A stretch of DNA of 46,928 nt from a virus (taxonomy: Duplodnaviria > Caudoviricetes), in the IMG/VR virus record IMGVR_UViG_3300037760_000053, positions 1 to 46,928 of that record. The stretch is one strand, 5' to 3'. Positions 25,934-34,729 of this stretch are shown here, piece by piece. The notes below the pieces were generated by a model. That model saw only the letters and a program-made list of their open reading frames with translations. It had not been told where the DNA came from and did no database searches. The position numbers were made by a program, and so were the translations under genes. Position 1 is the first letter of the stretch. Each line of letters opens with the position of its first letter.

Positions 25934-26519
25934 AGGGATCGTAGTCAAACGGCCTGGCGCGATTCTTCAGCGCGCCGGGGGGCGGCGCCGGGATCGTCGA
26001 CAGCACGGCCGCCAGGGCGCGCGCCGGGTAGCGGTTGATCTTCTCGGCCACCTCGACGGGCGACGGGTAGACGATCTTGCCGTCGCGCTCGCCGACGGCG
26101 AACGCCTCCAGCTCGACGGCCATCAGCTCGTCGGGCGGAACGAGCAGCGAGTTATATAGCTGATGCAAGTACCGGTCGAACAGCTCCGACCTTCGGTTCG
26201 CGTACTCGATGCCGCTCGGCGCGCACGTGTGTGCCGCGCTAAGGCCGTACACCAGTTGTGCGTTGCCATGCGGATCGTCGTGCTGCCTAAGCAGCTCGTG
26301 GACGTGCCCAAGATCTGGCATGTGGTTCGCGTCGAGAAATATCGCCGCATCGCCGTCCGCGCGAAGCTCGAGCTTCAGCTGCATCAACACGTGCGCGGCG
26401 GCCTCGCTCGATTGTACTCGGCCCACCTCTGCGCGCGCGAGCACCGAGCCGTGCCGCACGACGGTCGTCAGCGTCCTGTCGTGCAACACGGCGCCCACCG
26501 CCAGTTCTTTAATTCTCAT
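25920..26519 (-). CDS. Stand-alone degenerate terminase nuclease-domain paralogue (199 aa)
   Basis: Collinear similarity to the TerL C-terminal domain. AGGTGG SD. Start overlaps the TerL stop region. Confidence 0.65.
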   Translation of the reverse strand: MRIKELAVGAVLHDRTLTTVVRHGSVLARAEVGRVQSSEAAAHVLMQLKLELRADGDAAIFLDANHMPDLGHVHELLRQHDDPHGNAQLVYGLSAAHTCAPSGIEYANRRSELFDRYLHQLYNSLLVPPDELMAVELEAFAVGERDGKIVYPSPVEVAEKINRYPARALAAVLSTIPAPPPGALKNRARPFDYDPYANL

Positions 26520-28200
26520 GTTCGTTCCACCTTTCGTTAGCACGTGCAAGTATCGCGCGTAGGTCGTTCTGCGCGTTCGCCGCGAGCATCGAGTCCGCCG
26601 GGATCGCCGCGAGGATGTAGGCCGTCGCCAAGTCTGGGCTGCGGCCGAGCCGCTTGATGATCTTGTCGCGCGACTCGACGTAAAGCCGCTTACCGCGCAT
26701 CTCATATCGCGGGGTGCACAACTCTCGCTTGATGCGCGGGTCCGGCGGGAGCGCGACGCGGCCCGCGATCAGCAGCTCGCGGTACCTCCACCAGAGCCAG
26801 CTGCGCACGTTGAAGAAGCCGAACGCCTGCGACTCGTTGAGCGCGTCGGTGCCGGCGCCGAAGATCACACCGCTGGTGGGCACCTGCTCCCGGAGAATGT
26901 CGTAGGGGCTCGCGCCGACGCCCGTCGCATCGATGAAGATCGTTGCGCCATCTAAGTAATTACCAAGGGCGAACGCGGCGAACGTCTGCCCGTCGGGCGT
27001 GTCGCGACCCTCGGCGACGATCGGCCAGCTGTACCAGTGAGCGTGTCGGCGAACGAGCGCGCTCCGGTCGTCGCCACCTCGGGCTACGTCGGCCCCGATA
27101 GCATCACACGGGCCCGCCGGCTCGGGCGTCCACCGGGCCATCGCCTTGTCCACCTCGCCGCTGGGGATCACCTGGAACGGATCGTCGTCGTCGAAGCCGG
27201 CCCCCCAGTCGTTGAACGCGAGCCGGGCGCGCACGACCGGATCGGCGATGTTCGCCAGTCGGTCGGCGTAGCCGCTGCGCACGTAGAACGGATTGTCGGA
27301 CGTGAGCGACATGATCGCGGTGCGCGACTCCGCGCCGGGTGTACCGGCGGGCGCCTCTTCGCCGCGCACGAACCATCGCACCTCGCCCGACTCCGCGGGG
27401 CGCGGGTGGCCCGGCAACAACCACGGGGCGAACAGGTCGTCGCGCAGGTAGAGCGCCTCGCGGCTCGTCGGCGGGTTGGCCGTCAGCACTGTGGTCGTCT
27501 TCTCGGTGCTGGTCGCCCGCAGCCACTGTTGCACGAACGTCAGCGCGTCGGCCGTCAGCCACCCGCTGGCCGCGTCGTCGCACACGAGCATGGTGGCCGG
27601 CCGCCCCTGCACCTTGAGGGCCTGCCCCTCGTCGGACAGGCCGAGCCAGCTGACGACCACCCCGCGCTCGCGGTAACCCCACGGTGCCGAAATCTCCCAG
27701 CGTTGCTCCGACCTGTTTCGGTTCTCGATGTCGCCCGTGACCGCCGCGATACGCTGCAACACCTCGCTCAACTCGCCGACGGTCCCGCGGACGAACCTCA
27801 CGCGGGAGGACGACAGCAGGCCGCCTCCGATGGCCCCGTCCGTCTTCGAGGAGCCGGCGGCGCCCGCCGCGAGGATCAGGTCGACCGACTGCATCGACTC
27901 GACAAGCTGTGTCTGCGGTCCGCGTAGCGCGCGCCACGGGGCGAGCGTCCCGTCACGCTCGAGGATCTCGGCGAGCTTCCGCTGGCGCGATGCCGGGAGC
28001 GCGCCAATCCAACGCTCGATCTCGGCGGCGCGCTCGTGCGCGTCGACCGGCAACCGGGCCACGTCGGGGAACGTCACCATGAGTGTCGCCAGCACGTGCG
28101 CGTCGACCGCACGATGCGGAACACGGTCGCGCGCGAGCGCGTTCAAGATCGTGTCGACGCGCACCGCCGCGGCGAACGTATCGTCAAATGAGGTCATCAT
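26509..28200 (-). CDS. terL: Terminase large subunit
   Basis: Walker A GAAGSSKT, Walker B LVCDD, TANPP, nuclease GADVARGGDD / IDATGVG / RSPD. Confidence 0.9.
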   Translation of the reverse strand: MMTSFDDTFAAAVRVDTILNALARDRVPHRAVDAHVLATLMVTFPDVARLPVDAHERAAEIERWIGALPASRQRKLAEILERDGTLAPWRALRGPQTQLVESMQSVDLILAAGAAGSSKTDGAIGGGLLSSSRVRFVRGTVGELSEVLQRIAAVTGDIENRNRSEQRWEISAPWGYRERGVVVSWLGLSDEGQALKVQGRPATMLVCDDAASGWLTADALTFVQQWLRATSTEKTTTVLTANPPTSREALYLRDDLFAPWLLPGHPRPAESGEVRWFVRGEEAPAGTPGAESRTAIMSLTSDNPFYVRSGYADRLANIADPVVRARLAFNDWGAGFDDDDPFQVIPSGEVDKAMARWTPEPAGPCDAIGADVARGGDDRSALVRRHAHWYSWPIVAEGRDTPDGQTFAAFALGNYLDGATIFIDATGVGASPYDILREQVPTSGVIFGAGTDALNESQAFGFFNVRSWLWWRYRELLIAGRVALPPDPRIKRELCTPRYEMRGKRLYVESRDKIIKRLGRSPDLATAYILAAIPADSMLAANAQNDLRAILARANERWNEHEN

Positions 28201-28669
28201 TCTCGTCGACCACCTCGCCCTCGATCACCTCACCTTCGAGCCAACGGCGCTTGGCGCGCTCGAGGTCGGAGTCGGCCGGCGTGGGCGCCAGAGATTTGCC
28301 GCCGGAGGTCACGTCGATCTGCTGCCGCCGTGCAAACTCAGGGCGGGTCGCCTCGAGCAAGCGCGCCAGCAGTGTGTCGCTGTACTCGCGGATGTAGCCG
28401 ACACACTCACCGCCCTGGTACACCGGCTTGTCGACACCGTCGACCGCCCGGCGGATTGCCTCGGCGTACGCGATGTCCCCCACCATGCTCTTCGTGTCCT
28501 CGAACGCAGCGCGGAATTCCGCGTCTGACTCCAGGTGGCGGTAGATGGTCCGAGGGTTACGCTTGATGGCGCGCGCGGCCGCCGAGAAGTTGAACCGCTG
28601 CTCCACGTAGGCGACCAAGAATTCGGCCAGCTCGTCTCTCTGCACTGGGTATGGTTGTTGGTCGTTCAT
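28184..28669 (-). CDS. terS: Terminase small subunit
   Basis: N-terminal HTH, EAIRRA..G..KPVY...REYSDTLL..LL...RPE. Overlaps the terL start. Confidence 0.85.
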   Translation of the reverse strand: MNDQQPYPVQRDELAEFLVAYVEQRFNFSAAARAIKRNPRTIYRHLESDAEFRAAFEDTKSMVGDIAYAEAIRRAVDGVDKPVYQGGECVGYIREYSDTLLARLLEATRPEFARRQQIDVTSGGKSLAPTPADSDLERAKRRWLEGEVIEGEVVDENDDLI

Positions 28670-28732
28670 GCCTAATTCCATTCTGTTAACTTGTTAAAAA
28701 TCCCCAGTTGCCTCAGTTATCGCTGTTCCTTG

Positions 28733-28842
28733 TGCCGCAATGCCGCAGCCTAGTAGGCTGCTGCGGCAGGTTGCGGACACATCAAGGACTTACACGGCGC
28801 CGCAATCTGCCACTTTGCGGCCCGCTGCGGCGAGTTGCGGCA
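28733..28842. repeat. Iteron-like YTGCGGC repeat cluster (candidate origin or pac region)
   Basis: Eight copies in both orientations, several phased 10 bp apart, beside an AT-rich patch. Confidence 0.6.
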
Positions 28843-28850
28843 TCGTGATG

Positions 28851-30785
28851 TCAAATCCAACACAGCTCATCACCTTCTTTTGTTAAAAGGCCGCGCCCTC
28901 GAAGTGCCTCAATATGCCTGATTGCATACTCCCGTCGCCGATCGCGGCCGGCCTGCGGATCGTGCGCCAAAGCTTCCGCGCCGGCCGAGACTGCCTCGTC
29001 GATCGGCGCACGGTTATCTAAGTTCAGATCCACGATCGCGTCGTACACTATCTTCTGGTGTGGAGTGAGCGGCGCCTTGCGCTTCGGCGCGTCGGCCACC
29101 TCGCAGTGCTCCACGATGCAGCTCGTGATCTCTCCGTCGACGTCCAGCGGCACCGGCAACAACCGAAAACCGAAATCGATCCCGTCGTCTCCGTCTTTCA
29201 GCTTCGTGATGGTCGCCTTGCGCGTTTCGCCATACTCCGTGATTTCCATCTCGGCGTCCGCGGCGGCCCGCAACCCCGACCAACCTCGGGCGCCCTTCGA
29301 TTCGTCCTTACCACTATGGTGAACCAAGATCACCAGCGCGCCGGTCGCCCGGTGCAGCCCTTTGCAGTGGGCCAACACCTTGCCCATATCCTCGGAGCTG
29401 TTCTCGTTGCCGCCCGGCATGCTGGCCGCCAGCGTGTCGATCACGATGACGGACGCGCCGCCGTGTTTCACGACTGCCTTTGCGACCATCAGGGCGTGCT
29501 CGCGGTCGAGCATGTTTGGCCCGTCGGCGATCACGCCAACATCGAGATCTTCGAGCCGCTCGCCCACCTGGTGGGCGTACGCCTTGAGCCGTTGCCGGAA
29601 CCCGTTGATCCCCTCGGCGCACACGTACACGACTGCCCCGCGTTCGACCTTCCGCTCGCGCCACAGGGCCCCGCGCGCGATGGCCGACACGAGGTCGAGC
29701 ACGAAGAACGTTTTGCCTGAGCCGGACGCGCCGTACACGACGGCCAGCTCGGCGGCCGGCAGCACGCCGTGCACGTGCCACCCCATCGGCCGGCCGACGG
29801 CAAACTCGTGCGCGGGAATCGGCGTGAACCGCTCGCGCTCACCGGGCGTTTCAATCTTCTGGAAATCTTCGTCCGGCTCCACCACGTCGAAGTCGCCCGC
29901 GTCGGCCGGCCGCTCGATGCGCAACGACGCGAGCGTCACCGGGTTAGGGTGGTGCCCGAACGAGCGCCAGTGTGAGTCGAGATCCTCGGTGCCTACATAC
30001 TTCGCGCCGCGCGCGCTCCACTCGTCCCACAGGGCGAGCCCGTCGTCGCCGAATTCGTGGTGCAGGGCCATCCCGATGCGCAGCCAATCTTCGTACGGCG
30101 CGTCCGGGTCGTGGTCCGCCAGGAGGGCGCGTGCTTGGCGTGCGTCGGCCCCCCCGGGTGACGAGGTACGTTCGGGCGTCAGGGGGCGCACGGGCACGGG
30201 GGCCGACATCGGCCACGTGAGCATGTCGACGGGCAGCTCGTCGAAGAATGGATCGAGGGCCGTCGACTTTCCCGCGAGGGGCAACACAAACATGCTGCCG
30301 GCGCCGTCCGGCCGCACGCTGTCCTGCTTCGGGAAGATCTCGATCTCGCCCGCGGCGACGCCCCCGGTGCCGTTCTTGAAGCCGCACGCCTCGAGCGTCT
30401 CAACGAGCAGCCGACGTACGCTGTGTGCGTCCTGGGGATCTTCCCACAGCATGTAGAAGTGAATCCCGTGTCCGCCGCTCGAGCGGAACGGGATCGGCCT
30501 GAGGCCGCCGCGCTCAAGTTCGGACATAACGCGCCCGGCCGCCTCGGCCATCGCCGGCCAGAGGGTCTCGCCCTTGTGGCTGTCGAGGTCGAGGAGCGCC
30601 AGCCTGCAGGTCGACTCCCCCCGCTTGATGGGGCAGGCCCCGCGGGCGTACGGCTGGCCGTGCTTCTCGATGGGCAGCCCGACCTCTACGTGCTCGGGTG
30701 ACTGCCCAGGGCGGCAAATCCAGTGGTGGGTAGAGTCAACGCGGGAAAAGATTGGTGCCAGGCTCAAGTGGCACGGCCTTTGCAT
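28851..30785 (-). CDS. Primase-helicase (AEP-type primase + PriCT-2 + AAA_25/RecA-like helicase); start uncertain
   Basis: LLDLDSH, SSGGHGIH, EIFPKQ; YEDWLRIGMALH..WDEWS; GASGSGKT, VIVIDT, VHHSGKD, RGWSGL. Confidence 0.85.
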   Translation of the reverse strand: MQRPCHLSLAPIFSRVDSTHHWICRPGQSPEHVEVGLPIEKHGQPYARGACPIKRGESTCRLALLDLDSHKGETLWPAMAEAAGRVMSELERGGLRPIPFRSSGGHGIHFYMLWEDPQDAHSVRRLLVETLEACGFKNGTGGVAAGEIEIFPKQDSVRPDGAGSMFVLPLAGKSTALDPFFDELPVDMLTWPMSAPVPVRPLTPERTSSPGGADARQARALLADHDPDAPYEDWLRIGMALHHEFGDDGLALWDEWSARGAKYVGTEDLDSHWRSFGHHPNPVTLASLRIERPADAGDFDVVEPDEDFQKIETPGERERFTPIPAHEFAVGRPMGWHVHGVLPAAELAVVYGASGSGKTFFVLDLVSAIARGALWRERKVERGAVVYVCAEGINGFRQRLKAYAHQVGERLEDLDVGVIADGPNMLDREHALMVAKAVVKHGGASVIVIDTLAASMPGGNENSSEDMGKVLAHCKGLHRATGALVILVHHSGKDESKGARGWSGLRAAADAEMEITEYGETRKATITKLKDGDDGIDFGFRLLPVPLDVDGEITSCIVEHCEVADAPKRKAPLTPHQKIVYDAIVDLNLDNRAPIDEAVSAGAEALAHDPQAGRDRRREYAIRHIEALRGRGLLTKEGDELCWI

Positions 30786-30801
30786 GTCGCGCGAAAAGTG
30801 T

Positions 30802-30879
30802 TTGTCATAATCATTAGCGCGTGCTAACCTCCGCTGCGGTAGAGTCACAATACGTTAGCACTTGCTAATCGAGAGTCAA
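30802..30879. promoter_or_regulatory. Immunity/switch region with two face-to-face promoters, each holding one operator
   Basis: Plus strand TTGTCA(30802)-N17-TAACCT. Minus strand TTGACT(30879)-N16-TAACGT. Operators at 30814-30827 and 30855-30868. Confidence 0.7.
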
Positions 30880-30903
30880 GCGAGTATGAAAAGAGGAGGA
30901 CGC

Positions 30904-31329
30904 GTGAACAAAGAAGAAAAACGGCTGCGGGAAAACCGGAAGAGGAACTTGGATCAGCTGCTGAACAACGAGGATTTCACGGCCCGCGCGTTGGCCCGGC
31001 AGATGGGCTGCGAGCTGAACTATGTAAGCCAGCTACGACATGGGCACCGCGCGATCAGCGCGGACACCGCGCGGGCAATCGAGTCGATCATCGGGCTCAC
31101 GCAACACCGTCTCGATGACACACCTTCGGGTTTTGTGTCGCAGTTCGCAGACGGCACCGATGATTTGCGAGTACAACAAGTTCTCGAAGCTGAATGGAAA
31201 CGTGTTAAGCGTAGACCGCGCGGCGCACTGTTTGACGCGATGCTGAAGTTGTGTCTCGAAGATGCGAAAGAGCACGGCTTCAGCGAGGGGCGCGTGCGGT
31301 TCATAGCGAGGGAGTTGCTAAAATCATGA
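30904..31329 (+). CDS. XRE-family HTH repressor (CI-like, no S24 domain)
   Basis: RKRNLDQL...ALARQMG...YVSQL..G.R.IS...AR.IE...GL. GAGGAGGA SD before GTG. Confidence 0.8.
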   Translation: MNKEEKRLRENRKRNLDQLLNNEDFTARALARQMGCELNYVSQLRHGHRAISADTARAIESIIGLTQHRLDDTPSGFVSQFADGTDDLRVQQVLEAEWKRVKRRPRGALFDAMLKLCLEDAKEHGFSEGRVRFIARELLKS

Positions 31330-31472
31330 CTATGCCCAGCAGATTCGAAATGGAAGTGTTGAAGATGAGGTGGCACCGCGAGCGAGCGAGGGTGGAGCGA
31401 GTGCGGCGCGCTAGGATAATGACGGCCGCGGGCGTCGTCGCGCTGATTGTGATTTTCTTCTTGACAGTCTGA
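31326..31472 (+). CDS. Small membrane protein coupled to the repressor
   Basis: 48 aa, C-terminal TM segment, ATGA overlap with the repressor stop. Confidence 0.5.
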   Translation: MTMPSRFEMEVLKMRWHRERARVERVRRARIMTAAGVVALIVIFFLTV

Positions 31473-31489
31473 TTAGCATCTGCTAACGT
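31461..31489 (+). promoter_or_regulatory. Early promoter with operator
   Basis: TTGACA-N17-TAACGT containing TTAGCATCTGCTAA. Confidence 0.85.
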
Positions 31490-31522
31490 GCGCGTTGAGG
31501 GTTACCGAGGAGGGAACAGCAA

Positions 31523-31792
31523 ATGGCAAAACTTTCTGCAAACGGCACCGAGTTAGCTCGCGTGCGCAAGACCGACAACGTGAACTACGATTACGGGATT
31601 CGGTATCAATTGATTCGCGAAATTTCTTTTCGCTCGAACGGCAAGATGCTGAAGAAGCTCGTGTCCGTTCAACCTGACAAGCGCCGCACAGACCACGGCT
31701 GGAAGCATTACGGTCGCTACGACGTTTCGGTGAGCGACGCTGTCGCGGCGTTCGTCAAACACGGCTACGAGCAGGTAGTTAGCACTCGCTAA
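31523..31792 (+). CDS. Hypothetical early protein
   Basis: 89 aa, GAGGAGG SD. Stop codon lies within an operator. Confidence 0.75.
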   Translation: MAKLSANGTELARVRKTDNVNYDYGIRYQLIREISFRSNGKMLKKLVSVQPDKRRTDHGWKHYGRYDVSVSDAVAAFVKHGYEQVVSTR

Positions 31793-31810
31793 CGCACGAG
31801 GAGGAAGATC

Positions 31811-32047
31811 ATGAAAATGAAGCCTGAACATTTTGAACGTCTGAAGGCTTTGATAGAGCAGCGCGCGGCGCCAACGTTGCTCAGGGACTACACGATCCGA
31901 GTCACCGCGGCATATGAGCGCGACGGATTAGCGATGACCTGGGGTCCAAATGGCACCGTGATCGAGCCGCGCTACTTCTGGCCGATCCTCGAGGGGCTGC
32001 TCGTCGAGGGGTTCCACGTTGCCGGTGTCGAGCGAGGTGAAGCGTGA
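31811..32047 (+). CDS. Hypothetical early protein
   Basis: 78 aa, GAGGAGG SD. Confidence 0.7.
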   Translation: MKMKPEHFERLKALIEQRAAPTLLRDYTIRVTAAYERDGLAMTWGPNGTVIEPRYFWPILEGLLVEGFHVAGVERGEA

Positions 32048-32244
32048 TAAGCCAGCTAGATAACCCGCGACCAGAGTCACAGCGCGTCGATCATCGCGGG
32101 CTGCCATACTGCGACGGCTGGCGCGTCAGCGGCTACTGGAAAGGGTACAGGTGCAACGCTGTTGCCAAGTACCCACTGGGCGCGTGGCGTTTTTGTGGGG
32201 CTCATTATGCGTTAGCTGTGAAAGAGTCTCAGGAGCTGTCGTGA
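32044..32244 (+). CDS. Hypothetical Cys/His-containing protein
   Basis: 66 aa, GTGA overlap, C...C...CxxH pattern. Confidence 0.6.
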   Translation: MISQLDNPRPESQRVDHRGLPYCDGWRVSGYWKGYRCNAVAKYPLGAWRFCGAHYALAVKESQELS

Positions 32245-32423
32245 TCGTGCACCCCGCAATCAGCGCCGAGCGATTCGCCGAGCAGATGGCGACGTTCGAC
32301 CGGATGCGGGAGATTGCATTTAGGGTATCTCGCGCCCTCGAGGTGGCACCTCGGCTTAGTCGCGCAACGCGGGAGCGAGATACCCCCCTTGCCCTTGACG
32401 GGCTGCTCGAAGATTTTTCTTGA
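32241..32423 (+). CDS. Hypothetical protein
   Basis: GTG start with AGGAG SD, 60 aa. Confidence 0.5.
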   Translation: MIVHPAISAERFAEQMATFDRMREIAFRVSRALEVAPRLSRATRERDTPLALDGLLEDFS

Positions 32424-32449
32424 CAGCAGGTATTAGCAACTGCTAACGT
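32420..32449 (+). promoter_or_regulatory. Early promoter with operator
   Basis: TTGACA-N18-TAACGT containing TTAGCAACTGCTAA. Confidence 0.8.
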
Positions 32450-32579
32450 CCTGGTTAGAGGGTTGAGGAGGGAAGCACGATGAACGAGAACAGCGCAGAC
32501 TATCTGTACTCGACGCGCGTTCGTACAAGGACAGACTCGACATCGTAGCCCAGAGCAAACGAGAACGGAGATCCAAAAC

Positions 32580-33131
32580 ATGCAAGTAAACGGATACAAA
32601 ATTAAACCTTTCGCGAACCTGCGCAACGCGAACCTGCGCAACGCGAACCTGCGCAACGCGAACCTGCGCAACGCGAACCTGCGCAACGCGAACCTGAGCT
32701 ATGCGAACCTGAGCTATGCCGACCTGAGCGGTGCCGACCTGAGCGGTGCCAACCTGCGCAACGCGAACCTGCGCAACGCGAACCTGAGCTATGCGAAAAA
32801 CATACCGCCTTTGCTCGCGGCGCAGTTATGTATTTTACCGGAAGGGGACATTATCGGATGGAAAAAGGCAATCGGTGGAGCGCTGGTAAAGCTATTAATT
32901 CCAGCCGAAGCGCGGCGCAGTAACGCAACCGGGCGCAAGTGTCGCGCTGAATATGCGGACGTCCTGAAAGTTCTCGGAATGGAAACGGCCGAAACTTACC
33001 AGAACGGGATGTTCACAGTGTACCGGCCAGGCGAGCGCGTACATTGCCATGAATGGTGCAGCGACCGATGGCAAGAATGCGCAGGAGGAATACATTTTTT
33101 CTTGACGCGCGAAGAAGCGGAAGACTACTGA
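32580..33131 (+). CDS. Pentapeptide-repeat protein with DUF5758-like C-terminal domain
   Basis: (ANLRN)n repeats from 15-bp tandem units; GWKK...[16 protein letters not shown]...GIHFF. Confidence 0.85.
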   Translation: MQVNGYKIKPFANLRNANLRNANLRNANLRNANLRNANLSYANLSYADLSGADLSGANLRNANLRNANLSYAKNIPPLLAAQLCILPEGDIIGWKKAIGGALVKLLIPAEARRSNATGRKCRAEYADVLKVLGMETAETYQNGMFTVYRPGERVHCHEWCSDRWQECAGGIHFFLTREEAEDY

Positions 33132-33135
33132 TCGC

Positions 33136-33164
33136 TTGACAGCAGGATTAGCAACTGCTAACGT
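33136..33164 (+). promoter_or_regulatory. Early promoter with operator
   Basis: TTGACA-N17-TAACGT containing TTAGCAACTGCTAA. Confidence 0.85.
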
Positions 33165-33210
33165 CCCGGCACTTTCCAAAACCACAGACATTCACGGAGT
33201 AGCCAGACCA

Positions 33211-33606
33211 ATGTCCATCGAACAGAAGCTCGAGAATCTCACGGCGGCGATCTTCGATCTGACAGCCGTCATCCAGTCAATGGCGCAGCCGCCCGCCGGT
33301 GCCTCCCCCTCGGCGAAACCCTCCCCCGCCAAAGGCAAACCGCGGGCGGCTGCCGCCTCCAAACAGCAAGAGCCGGCGGTGCCGGGCGAAGAGCCGGCGG
33401 CCCCTGAAACCGATAAGGAACGCGAGGCACGGTTCGAGGAGGTCAGGAAGGCCGTCCTGCAGGCGTGCCAAGACATCGGCCGCGACGGGGTTACCGTGTT
33501 GCTCGATCAGTTTGGCGCCGCCAAGGCGAGCCAGGTCGACGAGTCACAGTGGCAGGAGCTGCTCGACGCGATCAAGAGTGCGACCGACGCGAAGGTCGCC
33601 GCGTAA
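33211..33606 (+). CDS. Hypothetical replication-module protein
   Basis: MSIEQKLENLTAAI, Pro/Ala linker, C-terminal GRD.V..LL.QFGA.KAS pattern typical of genes upstream of DUF2800. Confidence 0.7.
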   Translation: MSIEQKLENLTAAIFDLTAVIQSMAQPPAGASPSAKPSPAKGKPRAAAASKQQEPAVPGEEPAAPETDKEREARFEEVRKAVLQACQDIGRDGVTVLLDQFGAAKASQVDESQWQELLDAIKSATDAKVAA

Positions 33607-33618
33607 GTTTAGGGGCGA

Positions 33619-33649
33619 GGGCGGCAGCTCAAGGATCGGGCTGCCGCCC
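33619..33649 (+). terminator. GC-rich hairpin (possible terminator or processing site)
   Basis: GGGCGGCAGC...GCTGCCGCCC, no U-tract. Confidence 0.35.
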
Positions 33650-33759
33650 AGGGAGGATCGAAGAATGAATTGGGAACGCAACGTGCGCCAAGCAACATGG
33701 CTCGTAGCTAGCCTGTTGCTGGTGCTCATCTGGACGGTCGCGCTGACCGCCTGTGCGCA

Positions 33760-33951
33760 GTGAGCTACTACTGCGACGCAAGCGGCAGATTCTGCCCGGT
33801 CGACGCGCTCGGACGGCTACGCTGCGATTGCGTGATAGACGAGGAGCGCTGCCATTACTGCGACGCGGCGCTTGATGAGTGCACATGTGAGGAGTCGGCC
33901 ATAGCGCGCGCTGAGGAGCGCGAGACGTGCCCCGGTTACGAGGAGGAATAA
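33760..33951 (+). CDS. Small Cys-rich acidic protein
   Basis: 63 aa with many Cys, GTGA overlap. Confidence 0.5.
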   Translation: MSYYCDASGRFCPVDALGRLRCDCVIDEERCHYCDAALDECTCEESAIARAEERETCPGYEEE

Positions 33952-33954
33952 AAG

Positions 33955-34356
33955 ATGAACTTCGAATTTCTGGTTTTCGGTCTCTTCTTATTTGCCGCGC
34001 TCATGTTGCTGGGTGGCATGTTTGCCGCGTGGCTGCAGGATTACCACCAGAACGTGTTCGCGACGTTGCAAGTTGGGGTGCCGGTATTGATGGTCGTTCT
34101 TATGCTGGCCTTCGGCACCGGGTGCGCCTCAACGTCCGTCGAGCTGATGCTCGGCGGCAAGCTGCGCGATGGGGGCGTCCACGGTAGCGGCCCGACGGCC
34201 TCCCTGCGGGTCAAGCACGAGTTCAGCGACCGCTGGTTCTGCGAGTACGAACACATCTCGCACTTGCTGGTCGGCCCACCGTTCTCGCCCGCGTCCGATG
34301 AAGACACGCTCGATCACGCTGGCTGCGGCGTGCGGTTCGGAGGTCCACGACGATGA
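33955..34356 (+). CDS. Membrane/lipoprotein-like protein
   Basis: Two TM segments, lipobox-like AFGTGC, beta-strand C-terminal region. GAGGAGG SD. Confidence 0.65.
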   Translation: MNFEFLVFGLFLFAALMLLGGMFAAWLQDYHQNVFATLQVGVPVLMVVLMLAFGTGCASTSVELMLGGKLRDGGVHGSGPTASLRVKHEFSDRWFCEYEHISHLLVGPPFSPASDEDTLDHAGCGVRFGGPRR

Positions 34357-34510
34357 AGTGTTGGGTCATCACACGGGACGGTATCCCGGCGTACGTTCTC
34401 ATTGGCACGCAGCAAGAGGCGGCAGAAAAGATGGAAAAGCTGCGCTCCGAATATGCTGCCGACTGGAGCTGGGGCATGCAGCATGCGCCGTTCACCATCA
34501 GGATCAAACC

Positions 34511-34729
34511 GTGAACTCCAAGCTCTGTAAGCGGCTTCGACGTTTAGCGGAAGCTAAGACGGTCGGCCTGCCCGACGCGCAGCTCGACTGCCCAGCTGGG
34601 GTGGTCCGCGTTGACGCGCGCACCCGCAAGCGCGTGCCGATCAGGAACGAACGACAAACGACCCGCGGTGTGTATCGCGCGTTTAAACACGCCGCCCAGC
34701 GTATCGCCAGAGGAGAGAAGTTGAAATGA
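34511..34729 (+). CDS. Hypothetical basic protein
   Basis: GTG start VNSKLCKRLRR...TRGVYRAFK. Contains an operator at 34544. Confidence 0.55.
   Translation: MNSKLCKRLRRLAEAKTVGLPDAQLDCPAGVVRVDARTRKRVPIRNERQTTRGVYRAFKHAAQRIARGEKLK

Noticed and set aside
30786-30848. Primase start at GTG 30848 as in the ORF track
   Set aside because: It lies at or upstream of the predicted transcription start and across the operator region. A downstream start (ATG 30785 or a nearby TTG) is more plausible.
32126-32686. Minus-strand ORF with (RRFAL)n repeats
   Set aside because: Antisense image of the pentapeptide repeat.
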